DNA of 64,000 nucleotides, taken from NCBI GenBank assembly GCA_963828255.1, contig CAWHDZ010000015.1:96001-160000 (forward strand), given 5' to 3'. The notes beneath the pieces are model-generated. The model was not told the DNA's origin. It saw only the letters and a list, made by a program, of their open reading frames with translations, and did not search any database. The translations under genes were made by a program, and so were the position numbers. Of this stretch, positions 50,542 to 62,228 are shown piece by piece; the first letter of the stretch is position 1, and each line of letters starts with the position of its first letter. Source of the stretch: an uncultured delta proteobacterium. Its GTDB lineage: Bacteria; Myxococcota; Myxococcia; Myxococcales; Anaeromyxobacteraceae.

Positions 50542-51423
50542 TCAGAGGCGCCGGGCCGACTGGCGCAGCTCGAGGGCGATCTCCCCGTCGCGGAAGACCC
50601 GCACCGTCCCGGTGGTCTGGGAGACGGTGACGGCGATGGCGGCGGGGATGGCGGCGGTCATCGCGGCGGCGGAGCGGTGGCGCGCGCCCAGCCCCATGGG
50701 GAGCCGGGCCTCGTTCTTCCCGGCCTGGAGGTAGCGGCCGGCCGCCAGGACCGTCCCGTCCTCGCGGATGACGAAGGCCCCGTCGAGGACGGCGAAGGTC
50801 TTGAGGGCGTCGCGGATGGTGGGGTCCATGACGTTCCGCTCCGACTCGCTCATCCCCTGGAACGGGTTCAGGGTGATCTGCCGGCTCTGCTCCATGACCC
50901 GGGGGGAGTCGCCCACGATGAAGATGGTGCCCACCGGGTGCCCCTCGTAGCCCTGCGCGCCCACCTCCAGGGCCACGTGGATGACCTGCTCCATCACCTG
51001 GGCGCTGTGGGTCTCGGGGAGGTCGAGGGCGTTCACCTGGACCCGGTCCTCCTCGTCGTCGTCGCCGATGCAGATGCGCACCAGGGTGTCGAGGCTCCGG
51101 TCGTGCCCGGCCAGCGCCAGCACCGTGTCCCCCTCCTTCACGAGCCCCTCGCTCTGGCAGGCCACGATGGCGACCCGGACCTTCTCCACGCGGGAGTAGC
51201 CGAAGGGGGGGATGGCCACGGCCGAGAACTTCAGATTGGTGAGCTGCTGGGCCAGCCCCTCGGAGGTGACGGCGTAGACCAGCTTCCTCTTGATGGGGCG
51301 GCCGCGGAGGTCGCTGGTGGCCAGCGGGGTGTCGGAGACGTAGACCAGCCGGTCCACCTCGGGGCGGGCCGCCAGGGACAGCGCGTTCTTCACGAACTCC
51401 CGCTCGATCCGTCCCTCGGCCAT
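50542..51423 (-). CDS. Diadenylate cyclase (DisA_N/DAC domain, DacZ-like architecture)
   Basis: GTIFIVGD, LNPF, LDGAFVI (DGA), GLGARHRSA (RHR), VSQTTG. Confidence 0.85.
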   Translation of the reverse strand: MAEGRIEREFVKNALSLAARPEVDRLVYVSDTPLATSDLRGRPIKRKLVYAVTSEGLAQQLTNLKFSAVAIPPFGYSRVEKVRVAIVACQSEGLVKEGDTVLALAGHDRSLDTLVRICIGDDDEEDRVQVNALDLPETHSAQVMEQVIHVALEVGAQGYEGHPVGTIFIVGDSPRVMEQSRQITLNPFQGMSESERNVMDPTIRDALKTFAVLDGAFVIREDGTVLAAGRYLQAGKNEARLPMGLGARHRSAAAMTAAIPAAIAVTVSQTTGTVRVFRDGEIALELRQSARRL

Positions 51424-51451
51424 GGTTCCGGTCTAGCATGTTCGTCCGTCC

Positions 51452-51480
51452 TTGACAGCATGGGGGGGCGCGACTAGCCT
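51452..51480 (+). promoter_or_regulatory. sigma70-type promoter of dksA
   Basis: TTGACA (51452-51457)-N17-TAGCCT (51475-51480). Confidence 0.7.
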
Positions 51481-51539
51481 CCCCGTTCCTTTTTCCATGC
51501 TGCGCCCGGCGGATGCACCGCGCCGAGAGGGGTGGTCGC

Positions 51540-51902
51540 TTGAACAAGAAGGACCTGAAGCGGTTCAAGACGATGCTCGAGGAGTCGAAGCGGCAGCTTC
51601 TCGCCTCGGCGAAGAAGACGCTCTCGGAGGAGTCGAGCTTCGACACCAACGAGCTGCCCGACGAGATCGACCAGGCCTCCAGCGAGTACCAGCAGTCGAT
51701 GATCTTCCGCCTTCGCGACCGGGAGAAGTTCCTGCTCGCCAAGATCGAGAAGGCCCTGAGCCGGATCGAGAGCGGGGCCTTCGGCATCTGCGAGCGCTGC
51801 GAGGAGGAGATCTCCCCCAAGCGGCTCGAGGCCCGGCCCGTGACCACGCTCTGCATCCGCTGCAAGGAAGAGCAGGAGCAGGCCGAGAAGAGCTTCGGGT
51901 AG
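51540..51902 (+). CDS. dksA: RNA polymerase-binding protein DksA
   Basis: TTG start; DEIDQA coiled-coil tip (DxxDxA); CERC...CIRC zinc finger. Confidence 0.9.
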   Translation: MNKKDLKRFKTMLEESKRQLLASAKKTLSEESSFDTNELPDEIDQASSEYQQSMIFRLRDREKFLLAKIEKALSRIESGAFGICERCEEEISPKRLEARPVTTLCIRCKEEQEQAEKSFG

Positions 51903-51905
51903 CCG

Positions 51906-52808
51906 TCAGGGCTCGACGCGAAGCAGCTGCATCCCCAGGAGCACCTGGTCGCCCGGGCCGATCTCGGTGGGCCCGTTCACGCGCAGGAACGTGCCGTTGG
52001 AGCTGCCCAGGTCGGTGACGGTCACCGCCGTCTCGCCCACGTCCACGCGGGCGTGGCGCCCCGACACGTAGCGGTCTCCCGGGAAGGCCACCTCGCCGGT
52101 CTCCCGTCCGATGGCGTTGGCCCCGGCGCGCAGCGGGACGACCTCGCCGGTGCCGCCCCCCTCGAGGAGCTGGATCAGGCGGGCCCGGTAGCCGGGATCG
52201 GCCGAACCCCAGGGGGTGCCGGGGGCGCCGGACACCGACGGCCGCGGCATGGGCTCGAGCCGGAGCAGCTGCCGGCCCAGCCGGATCTCGTCCCCGAAGG
52301 TGAGGGAGCGCGGGGTGCGCAGCCGCAGGAAGGTCCCGGAGCTCGAGCCCAGGTCCTCGACGCGGATCCGGCCTTCACGGACAGTGATAGCGGCGTGGCG
52401 GGGTGAGACCGAGCCGTCCTCGGGGAGCAGCAGGTCCCCGTCTCGCCGGCCGCACACCGTCACCTCCCTGTCCAGGGTGTGCACGGCCCCTGGCAGGCCG
52501 TCGTGCCGGATGAGCACCAGGCGGGGCGGCGGGACCGGCGGCGGAGGCGGCGCCGGGGGCGCGGCGGCCTCCGGAACGAGGACGGCGGGCATCCGTGGGG
52601 CCGAGGGGTGGGTGGGCCGGCGGGGGGGCGTGGGATTGGAGGGCTGGCCGCAGTTCCCGCAGAAGCGGAAGGAGGCGGGGAGCTTCGTGCCGCAGCGGGT
52701 GCAGGCCCGGGCCGCCTCGGCCGCGAGCGGCTGGCCGCAGCCGCTGCAGTAGGTGAAGGAGGGATCGTTCTCCAGGCCGCAGCGCGTGCAGGTGGGTGCC
52801 GGCTCCAT
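51906..52808 (-). CDS. Double zinc ribbon plus tandem FHA-domain protein
   Basis: Four CxxCG motifs, Pro linker, two FHA domains (GR...S-x2-H...DLGSS.GTF). Confidence 0.88.
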   Translation of the reverse strand: MEPAPTCTRCGLENDPSFTYCSGCGQPLAAEAARACTRCGTKLPASFRFCGNCGQPSNPTPPRRPTHPSAPRMPAVLVPEAAAPPAPPPPPVPPPRLVLIRHDGLPGAVHTLDREVTVCGRRDGDLLLPEDGSVSPRHAAITVREGRIRVEDLGSSSGTFLRLRTPRSLTFGDEIRLGRQLLRLEPMPRPSVSGAPGTPWGSADPGYRARLIQLLEGGGTGEVVPLRAGANAIGRETGEVAFPGDRYVSGRHARVDVGETAVTVTDLGSSNGTFLRVNGPTEIGPGDQVLLGMQLLRVEP

Positions 52809-52917
52809 GAAAGGCACACTTATCGCCTGCAAACGGCCCGGTCAAACGTCCCGGTCGCCTGAGGGATTGGGTGTACCATCCCGGCGGTTCGATCCGAGAA
52901 CGAGGGGGCGAGACACC

Positions 52918-55773
52918 ATGGCGCGAGAGGCCCGACCCGATCACCTGACGCTCCCCGAGCCGCACCGCCGGTTCTGGGACGAGGCGTCGTCGTTCCTCGC
53001 AGCTGACCGCATGATGTGCGACCCGTTCCGGACGCTGGCCTTCGGGACCGACGCCAGCTTCTACCGGCTCATTCCCCGCATCGTCGTGAAGGCCTTCTCG
53101 CAGGGCGAGGTGTCGCGGCTGGTGGCCCTGGCGTCGCGCCTCGGGATCAACCTGACCTTCCGGGCGGCGGGCACGAGCCTCTCCGGCCAGGCCATCTCCG
53201 ACTCGGTGCTGGTGGTGCTGGCGGGCGGGTTCCGCGGCTGGCGGATCGAGCAGGGCGGCGAGCGCATCGTCCTCGAGCCCGGGGTCATCGGCGCCGAGGC
53301 CAACGCCTTCCTGGCCCCGCTGGGGAGGAAGATCGGACCCGACCCGGCCTCCATCAACGCCTGCATGATCGGCGGCATCGTCGCCAACAACGCCGCCGGC
53401 ATGTGCTGCGGCACGGCGCAGAACAGCTACCAGACGGTTCAGGGGATGCGTCTCGTCCTGGCCGACGGCACCGAGGTGGACACCGCCGACCCGGCCTCCC
53501 GGCAGCGGCTGCGCGAGACCCACGCCGCGCTCCTCGACGGGCTGGCCGCCATCCGCGACGAGATCGCCGCCGACGAGCAGCTCTCCCGGCGCATCCGCGA
53601 GAAGTACCGGATCAAGAACACCACCGGATACTCCATCAACTCCTTCGTGGACCACCACGACCCGGTGGACATCCTGCTGCACCTCATGGTGGGCTCGGAG
53701 GGGACGCTCGCCTTCATCTCCGAGGTGACGCTGCAGACCGTCCCCGAACACCCGCACAAGGCCAGCGCGCTGGTGCTCTTCCCCGACATCGAGCAGGCCG
53801 CCGTGGCCACCCAGCGGCTGCGCGGCGGGCCGGTGTCGGCGGTGGAGCTGATGGACCGGGCCTCGATCCGGTCGGTGCAGGAGAAGCCGGGCATGCCGCC
53901 GGGCCTGGCCGAGCTGGGGCCGACCGCCTGCGCGCTGCTCGTGGAGACGCGCGCCGCCGTCCGGGCCGAACTCATGAAGCAGGCCGAGGAGGCCGCGCGC
54001 CTGGTGGACGACGTGAAGAAGCTCCACCCGGTGAAGTTCACCGACGTGAAGGCCGAGCAGGAGAAGATCTGGGACGTGCGCAAGGGGCTCTTCCCGGCGG
54101 TGGGCGGCGCCCGCAAGATCGGCACCACCGTGGTCATCGAGGACGTGGCCTTCCCCATCGAGAACCTGGCGGCGGGCACGGTCTTCCTCGAGAAGGCCAT
54201 GCGGCAGCACGGCTACGCCGAGGGGATCATCTTCGGCCACGCCCTCGACGGCAACCTCCACTTCACCTTCACCCAGGACTTCGGGATCCCCGCCGAGGTG
54301 TCCCGCTACGAGTCGCTGATGGAGGAGGTCTGCGACGTGGTGGTGAAGCGCTTCGACGGGTCGCTCAAGGGGGAGCACGGCACCGGCCGCAACATGGCCC
54401 CCTTCGTCGAGCGCGAATGGGGCGCCAAGGCCTACGGCCTCATGCAGCGGCTCAAGGCGCTCTTCGACCCGAAGGGCATCCTCAATCCCGGCGTGATCCT
54501 CAACGCCGACCCCAAGGCCTACCTCAAGGACCTGAAGCCGCTGCCCCCGGTCGACCCGCTGGTGGACAAGTGCATCGAGTGCGGCTTCTGCGAGCCCAAG
54601 TGCCCTTCACGCCCGGTGACGAGCACCCCGCGCCAGCGCATCACCACGCAGCGGGAGATCGCCCGGCTGGAGCGGACCGGCGAGGACCCGGCCCGGCGCG
54701 ACCGGCTGGTGGAGGACTTCGTCTACCTGGGCGAGCAGACCTGCGCCACCGACGGCCTGTGCGCCACCGCCTGCCCGGTCTCCATCGACACCGGCGAGTA
54801 CGTGAAGGAACTGCGCCGCGCCGGCTGGTCGGAGAAGGCGCGCGGCCGGGCCCGGCGGCTGGCCGACGACTTCGCCGGCACCGAGGCCTGGGCGCGGCGT
54901 GGCCTGGCGGCCGCCGACGCGGCCCACGCGGTGCTGGGGACGCGCCTCATGGGGGCGATCGCCCGCGGCGCGCGCGGCGTGGTGGGCGAGTGGCTGCCTG
55001 CCTGGAACGAGGCCATGCCCCGGGCGGCCCCGGCGACGCGGCTCGAGACCATCCGGCGCGGGAAGGGGAGGCAGGTGGTCTACTTCCCCTCGTGCATCAG
55101 TCGCACCATGGGAGCAGCGCGGAGCGACACCGACGGGCGCGCCATCTTCGAGGCCACACTGTCGCTGCTCGGAAAGGCCGACTACGACGTGATCTTCCCC
55201 GAGGCCCTCGACTCGCTCTGCTGCGGCCTGGCCTTCGACTCCAAGGGGTTCCGCGAGGTGGCCGACGCCAAGTCGGAGGAGCTGGAGCGCGCCCTCGACA
55301 CCGCCAGCGAGGGGGGGCGCATCCCCATCCTCTGCGACACCAGCCCCTGCCTGCAGCGCATGCGCAAGAAGATGGACGCGAAGCTCCTCCTGCTCGAGCC
55401 GGCCGAGTTCATCCACGACCACCTGCTCGACAAGGTCTCGGTCCGGAAGCTGCCCGACAAGGTGGCGGTCCACGTCACCTGCAGCACCACCAAGATGGGG
55501 GTGGGAGGGAAGCTCGAGGCGGTCGCCCGGGCCTGCGCCGCCGAGGTGGTGATCCCGCCGCGGGTGGGCTGCTGCGGCTTCGCCGGCGACCGCGGCTTCT
55601 CCCACCCGGAGCTGAACGCGGCCGCGCTCTCCGAGCTGGCCTCCGGCGTGAAGGGCTGCACCGAGGGGGTCTCCAACAGCCGCACCTGCGAGATCGGCCT
55701 CATGCTCCACGCCGGGATCCCGTACCGGTCCATCGTCTTCCTGGCCGATCGGGCCGCTTCCCGGAAGGGGTGA
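52918..55773 (+). CDS. FAD- and Fe-S-binding D-lactate dehydrogenase (Dld-II type)
   Basis: TDASFYRL, FRAAGTSLSGQ, GSEGTL, GHALDGNLHF, LKGEHGTGRN, CIECGFCE, CCG domains; precedes lutABC. Confidence 0.88.
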   Translation: MAREARPDHLTLPEPHRRFWDEASSFLAADRMMCDPFRTLAFGTDASFYRLIPRIVVKAFSQGEVSRLVALASRLGINLTFRAAGTSLSGQAISDSVLVVLAGGFRGWRIEQGGERIVLEPGVIGAEANAFLAPLGRKIGPDPASINACMIGGIVANNAAGMCCGTAQNSYQTVQGMRLVLADGTEVDTADPASRQRLRETHAALLDGLAAIRDEIAADEQLSRRIREKYRIKNTTGYSINSFVDHHDPVDILLHLMVGSEGTLAFISEVTLQTVPEHPHKASALVLFPDIEQAAVATQRLRGGPVSAVELMDRASIRSVQEKPGMPPGLAELGPTACALLVETRAAVRAELMKQAEEAARLVDDVKKLHPVKFTDVKAEQEKIWDVRKGLFPAVGGARKIGTTVVIEDVAFPIENLAAGTVFLEKAMRQHGYAEGIIFGHALDGNLHFTFTQDFGIPAEVSRYESLMEEVCDVVVKRFDGSLKGEHGTGRNMAPFVEREWGAKAYGLMQRLKALFDPKGILNPGVILNADPKAYLKDLKPLPPVDPLVDKCIECGFCEPKCPSRPVTSTPRQRITTQREIARLERTGEDPARRDRLVEDFVYLGEQTCATDGLCATACPVSIDTGEYVKELRRAGWSEKARGRARRLADDFAGTEAWARRGLAAADAAHAVLGTRLMGAIARGARGVVGEWLPAWNEAMPRAAPATRLETIRRGKGRQVVYFPSCISRTMGAARSDTDGRAIFEATLSLLGKADYDVIFPEALDSLCCGLAFDSKGFREVADAKSEELERALDTASEGGRIPILCDTSPCLQRMRKKMDAKLLLLEPAEFIHDHLLDKVSVRKLPDKVAVHVTCSTTKMGVGGKLEAVARACAAEVVIPPRVGCCGFAGDRGFSHPELNAAALSELASGVKGCTEGVSNSRTCEIGLMLHAGIPYRSIVFLADRAASRKG

Positions 55774-55779
55774 GGCGCC

Positions 55780-56532
55780 ATGGGAAAGGTCGGGCTCTTC
55801 ATCCCCTGCTACGTGGACCAGTTCTTCCCCCGGGTGGGGCTGGCCACGCTGCGCGTCCTGCGGGCCCTGGGGCTCGAGGTCGAGTACCCGCGCGACCAGA
55901 CCTGCTGCGGGCAGCCCATGTACAACACCGGCTGCTCCCGGGAGGCCAGGCCGCTGGCCGAGCGGTTCGTGCGCCTCTTCGCGGGCTACGAGGCGGTGGT
56001 GGCCCCGTCGGCGAGCTGCGTGGCGATGGTGAAGCTGCACTATCCGGGGCTGCTCGGCGACACCGACGAGGTGAGGCGGCTGGCCGGGAAGACCTTCGAT
56101 CTCTCCGAGTACCTGGTGGACGTGGTCAAGGTGACCCGGGTCGAGGGCGAGTACGCGAAGAAGGTGGGGCTGCACCGCAGCTGCCACGGCATCCGCGAGC
56201 TGCGCGAGTCGAGCTCGAGCGAGCGCATGGACGCCCCGTTCGACAAGACCCGGCAGCTGGTCTCGCAGCTGCGCGGCATCGAGCTGGTGGCGCTGGACCG
56301 GCCCGACGAGTGCTGCGGCTTCGGCGGCACGTTCGCGGTCACCGAGGAGGCGGTCTCCTGCATGATGGGGCGCGACCGCATCGCCGACCACGTCCGGGCC
56401 GGCGCCGAGGTCATCGCAGGCTACGACATGTCCTGCCTGATGCACCTCGACGGGCTGGCCCGGCGCGACGGGACGAAGCTCCCCATCGTGCACGTGGCCG
56501 AGATGCTCGAGAAGGCGAGGCTCTCCCGGTGA
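55780..56532 (+). CDS. lutA: L-lactate utilization protein A (CCG-domain Fe-S protein, LldE)
   Basis: LFIPCYVD, QTCCGQP, CCGFGGTF, SCLMH. Confidence 0.9.
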   Translation: MGKVGLFIPCYVDQFFPRVGLATLRVLRALGLEVEYPRDQTCCGQPMYNTGCSREARPLAERFVRLFAGYEAVVAPSASCVAMVKLHYPGLLGDTDEVRRLAGKTFDLSEYLVDVVKVTRVEGEYAKKVGLHRSCHGIRELRESSSSERMDAPFDKTRQLVSQLRGIELVALDRPDECCGFGGTFAVTEEAVSCMMGRDRIADHVRAGAEVIAGYDMSCLMHLDGLARRDGTKLPIVHVAEMLEKARLSR

Positions 56533-57916
56533 TCCACTCCCACCCCGACAAGGCCCGGGCCTTCGTGGCCGACGACGAGCGGGCCCACTGGCACGACAAG
56601 GCCCTCTGGTTCGTCCGCGTGAAGCGCGACCGGGGCGCCGCCACCGTTCCGGAGTGGGAGGCCCTGCGCACCGCCGCGGAGGGCATCAAGGCCCACACCC
56701 TGTCGCGGCTGGGCGCCTACCTGGAGGAGTTCGAGGCCAAGGCCGTCGCCAACGGCATCCAGGTGCACTGGGCGCGGGACGGTGAGGAGCACAACCGCAT
56801 CGTCCACGGGATCCTGGAGCGGCATCGCGTTACACTATTGGTGAAGTCAAAGTCGATGCTCACCGAGGAGCTCCACCTGAACCCGTACCTCGAGGCCCGG
56901 GGCATCGAGGTGGTGGACACCGACCTGGGGGAGCGCATCGTGCAGCTGGCCGGGGAGCCTCCCTCCCACATCGTCATGCCTGCCATCCACCGCAAGAAGG
57001 AGGAAATGGGGATCTCTTCCACGAGAAGCTGGGGACGCCCAAGGGGCTCTCCGACCCCACCGTCCTCACCGGGAAGGCGCGCGTGCACCTGCGCGAGAAG
57101 TTCCTCTCCGCCCAGGCCGGCCTCACCGGGGTGAACTTCGCCATCGCCGAGACCGGCGGCTTCGTGGTGGTCACCAACGAGGGCAACGCCGACATGGGCA
57201 CCACCTTGCCCCGCGTGCACGTGGCCTCCATGGGCATCGAGAAGGTGATCCCGCGCCTCGCCGACCTGGGGGTCTTCCTGCGGCTGCTGGCCCGCAGCGC
57301 CACCGGCCAGCCGGTTTCGTCCTACACCACCCACTTCCACGCCCCGCTCCCCGGCGGCGAGCTGCACGTGGTCATCGTGGACAGCGGGCGCTCGAAGATG
57401 CTCTCCGAGGCCCACCGGCGCAAGGCGCTCTCCTGCATCCGCTGCGGGGCCTGCCTCAACACCTGCCCGGTCTACCGGCGCAGCGGCGGGTACAGCTACA
57501 GCTACCTCATCCCCGGCCCCATCGGCTCGGTCCTGGGGCCCCATCGCGACCTGGCCGGCCACGCCAGCCTGCCCTTCGCCTCCAGCCTGTGCGGCTCCTG
57601 CACCGACGTCTGCCCGGTGAAGGTGGACCTGCACCACCAGCTGCTCGTGCTCCGGCAGGAGGCCGGCGAGGAGAAGCTGATCCCGCTGGGCAAGCGGCTG
57701 GGGATGAAGGCCGCCGCCTTCGCCATGGCGCGACCGGGGCTCTTCCGCGCCGGCGGGAGGTTCGCCCGATGGGTGCTGCGGGCTGCGCCGGGCATGGCGC
57801 GGTTCGGCCCTGCGGCGGTCTGGCTGCGGGGGCGCGAGCTTCCCGAGGCGCCCAGGGAGAGCTTCGCCGACCTCTACGACCGCGAGACGGCCGGGAAGCC
57901 GGAGGAGCGCTCGTGA
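56529..57916 (+). CDS. lutB: L-lactate utilization protein B (LldF), split by a -1 frameshift at ~57007
   Basis: KSKSMLTEE, TDLGE, PSHIVMPAIH, TNEGN, CIRCGAC, CGSCTDVCPV; adding one base gives KEEIGDLFHEKLG. Confidence 0.9.
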
Positions 57917-58500
57917 CCGCCCGTGAAGCCATCCTGGCCGCGCTCCGCGCCTCCGGAGCCGAGCCGGTCGCCGCCCCCGCGCACCCGGTCCCGGTGAAGC
58001 AGGGCGATCCGGTCGCCCGCTTCCTCGAGTCGGTGACCGCGGTCGGCGGCCAGTCCTTCCGCGTGCCCGATCTGGCGGCGCTGGCGGCCGGGGTGTCGAA
58101 GCTCCCGGCCTGGTCCTCGCCCCGCCGGGTCTCGCTGGTGGACGGGATCCCCGGCGGGACGGTGGATCTCCAGGCGGTGACCGACCCGCACGAGCTCGCC
58201 GACCTCGACGTGGCCGCCATCCCGGGCGAGCTGGGGGTGGCCGAGAACGGGGCGGTCTGGATCAAGGGCGAGAGCCTGGGCCCCCACCGGGCGGTCTTCG
58301 TCATCCCCGAGCACCTGGTGCTCGTGGTGAACGCCGCCGACGTGGTGAACGACATGCAGGAGGCCTACGGGCGCATCACGCTGCCGCGCCCCGGCTACGG
58401 CGTCTTCGTGTCCGGCCCGTCCAAGACCGCCGACATCGAGCAGTCGCTGGTCATCGGCGCCCACGGCGCCCGATCCTGCGCGGTCTTCGTGGTCGGATAG
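57913..58500 (+). CDS. lutC: L-lactate utilization protein C (LUD domain, LldG)
   Basis: GVAENGAV, SGPSKTADIEQSLVIGAHG. Confidence 0.9.
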   Translation: MTAREAILAALRASGAEPVAAPAHPVPVKQGDPVARFLESVTAVGGQSFRVPDLAALAAGVSKLPAWSSPRRVSLVDGIPGGTVDLQAVTDPHELADLDVAAIPGELGVAENGAVWIKGESLGPHRAVFVIPEHLVLVVNAADVVNDMQEAYGRITLPRPGYGVFVSGPSKTADIEQSLVIGAHGARSCAVFVVG

Positions 58501-58800
58501 CTACCGGAGCTTCTCCTCCACCGAGCGCATCTTGCCGGCGATGGTGTGCTCCTTGTCGCGCCGGTCGTCGATCTTGATGAGCGTGGAGACCCGGACCGCC
58601 CCCTCCTGGAACGGGGCCTCGTGCATGCGGCGGACGACGGCCAGGATGGCGTCGAGATCGCCCTCGACGATGGTCCCCATGGCGGTGAGCTGGTGGGTGA
58701 GGCCGCTCTCGCGGAGGATCCGCTGCACCCCGGCCACGTAGCGGGAGACGCTCGGGGTGGCCGTACCGATGGGGGTGATGGTCAGGAAGACGACGGCCAT
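58501..58800 (-). CDS. MTH1187/thiamine-binding protein family (DUF77)
   Basis: SVSRYVA, TAMGTIVEGD, RVSTLIKIDDRRDK. Confidence 0.9.
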   Translation of the reverse strand: MAVVFLTITPIGTATPSVSRYVAGVQRILRESGLTHQLTAMGTIVEGDLDAILAVVRRMHEAPFQEGAVRVSTLIKIDDRRDKEHTIAGKMRSVEEKLR

Positions 58801-58816
58801 GCGAGACCCCTTCCGT

Positions 58817-59941
58817 TCATCCTTCGGAGACCCGCAGCACCTGGCGGCCGACGCGGACCAGGTCCCCGTCGCGCAGTTCCCGCTCGGTACGCGCTGGAAT
58901 GCGGACGAAGGTCCCGTTGGCGGACCCCAGGTCGCGCAGCCGGGCCGTCCCGTCCCCCTCGAGGAGCACCTCGGCGTGGGCCTGGGAGAGAAACGGGTCG
59001 TCGCCCAGGTTCACCGCGCAGCCGGCGCGTCCCAGCGTGACCGAAGGGCCGCTTCGCAGCCAGACCCGCCCGCTCACGCCGCCGGCCAGCCGCTCCTCGA
59101 GCAGCACGGCCTGCGCCGCGGGGCGCGGGGAGCCGAGGCGCCGCGTCCCGTCGGGCGCGGGAGGGGAGGGCGCGGGCAGGGGCCCGCCGAAGCGCAGGAG
59201 CCGGTCGCCGAGGGCGAAGGCGTCACCCGGACGGATGGGAACCGAGAGCCCGCGGAGGCGGAGGTAGGTCCCTCCGGCGGAGCCCTCGTCGCGCACGAAG
59301 AGGCGGCCGTCGCGCAGCGCGAAGGTGGCGTGCAGGGGGGCGAGCCAGGGGTCCTCGGGGAAGGGCAGGGAGGCGTCGGCGCTGCCGATGGTGGTCTCGG
59401 AGGCGATGAACTGCAGGCGCGATCCCTCCTTCCCGTCGCCACGCTCCAGGACGAGGTGGAACGGGGCGGCGCGCATCCACGTTTCGGTGCCGCCGCCCGG
59501 CGCGGCCGGCTCGAGCGCCACCGACTCGAAGGGAAGGAGGCCGGGGGCGGAGCGGCCCGGGACGTCGGGGAGAGGGGGCGGGGCGTCCGGATCGGGGATT
59601 GGCTCGAGGAGCTCGATGGGATCGGGGGTGGAGGTGGGCTCGAAGTCGGGGTCCTCGAGGAGGACCGCCTCGAAGTCGATGGGGGGAAGGTCGCGCGGAG
59701 GGTCCTCGCCGGCGGCGGCCGGGGCCGGTCCCGACGACAGGACCGGCGCCGGGGGACGGGGGCCCAGCGCCTCGCCGCAGGAGACGCAGGCGGCCGTGCC
59801 CGGCTCGTTGAAGGCGTCGCAGTTGCGGCAGACGCTCCCCAGGATGCCGGTGAGGCGGGACATCTCGATCTCGGCCCCGCAGGCCGGACACTCGGTCATG
59901 GCGGGGTCGAGCGGCGAATGGCAATGGAAGCACTGGAGCAA
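58817..59941 (-). CDS. Zinc ribbon plus tandem FHA-domain protein
   Basis: Four CxxC pairs, acidic Pro linker, degenerate FHA followed by canonical FHA (LGR...SQAH...DLGSANGTF). Confidence 0.85.
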   Translation of the reverse strand: MLQCFHCHSPLDPAMTECPACGAEIEMSRLTGILGSVCRNCDAFNEPGTAACVSCGEALGPRPPAPVLSSGPAPAAAGEDPPRDLPPIDFEAVLLEDPDFEPTSTPDPIELLEPIPDPDAPPPLPDVPGRSAPGLLPFESVALEPAAPGGGTETWMRAAPFHLVLERGDGKEGSRLQFIASETTIGSADASLPFPEDPWLAPLHATFALRDGRLFVRDEGSAGGTYLRLRGLSVPIRPGDAFALGDRLLRFGGPLPAPSPPAPDGTRRLGSPRPAAQAVLLEERLAGGVSGRVWLRSGPSVTLGRAGCAVNLGDDPFLSQAHAEVLLEGDGTARLRDLGSANGTFVRIPARTERELRDGDLVRVGRQVLRVSEG

Positions 59942-59992
59942 CGGGAACCTCCGGTACGTTTCTACCCCGCGCCACCTCGGTGCTCAACGTCC

Positions 59993-60022
59993 TTGCCGCG
60001 ACGAGGCAGGGGGGGCTAGGCT
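59993..60022 (+). promoter_or_regulatory. Possible sigma70 promoter of rel
   Basis: TTGCCG-N18-TAGGCT, 11 nt before the TTG start. Confidence 0.35.
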
Positions 60023-60033
60023 GAAGGGCTCGA

Positions 60034-62202
<2,169 letters not shown>

Positions 62203-62228
62203 GTTCACCCCGTCACGAGGAGTTCGCC

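Noticed and set aside
56990..57020. Programmed ribosomal frameshift in lutB
   Set aside because: No canonical slippery heptamer or stimulatory structure; a single missing base explains it
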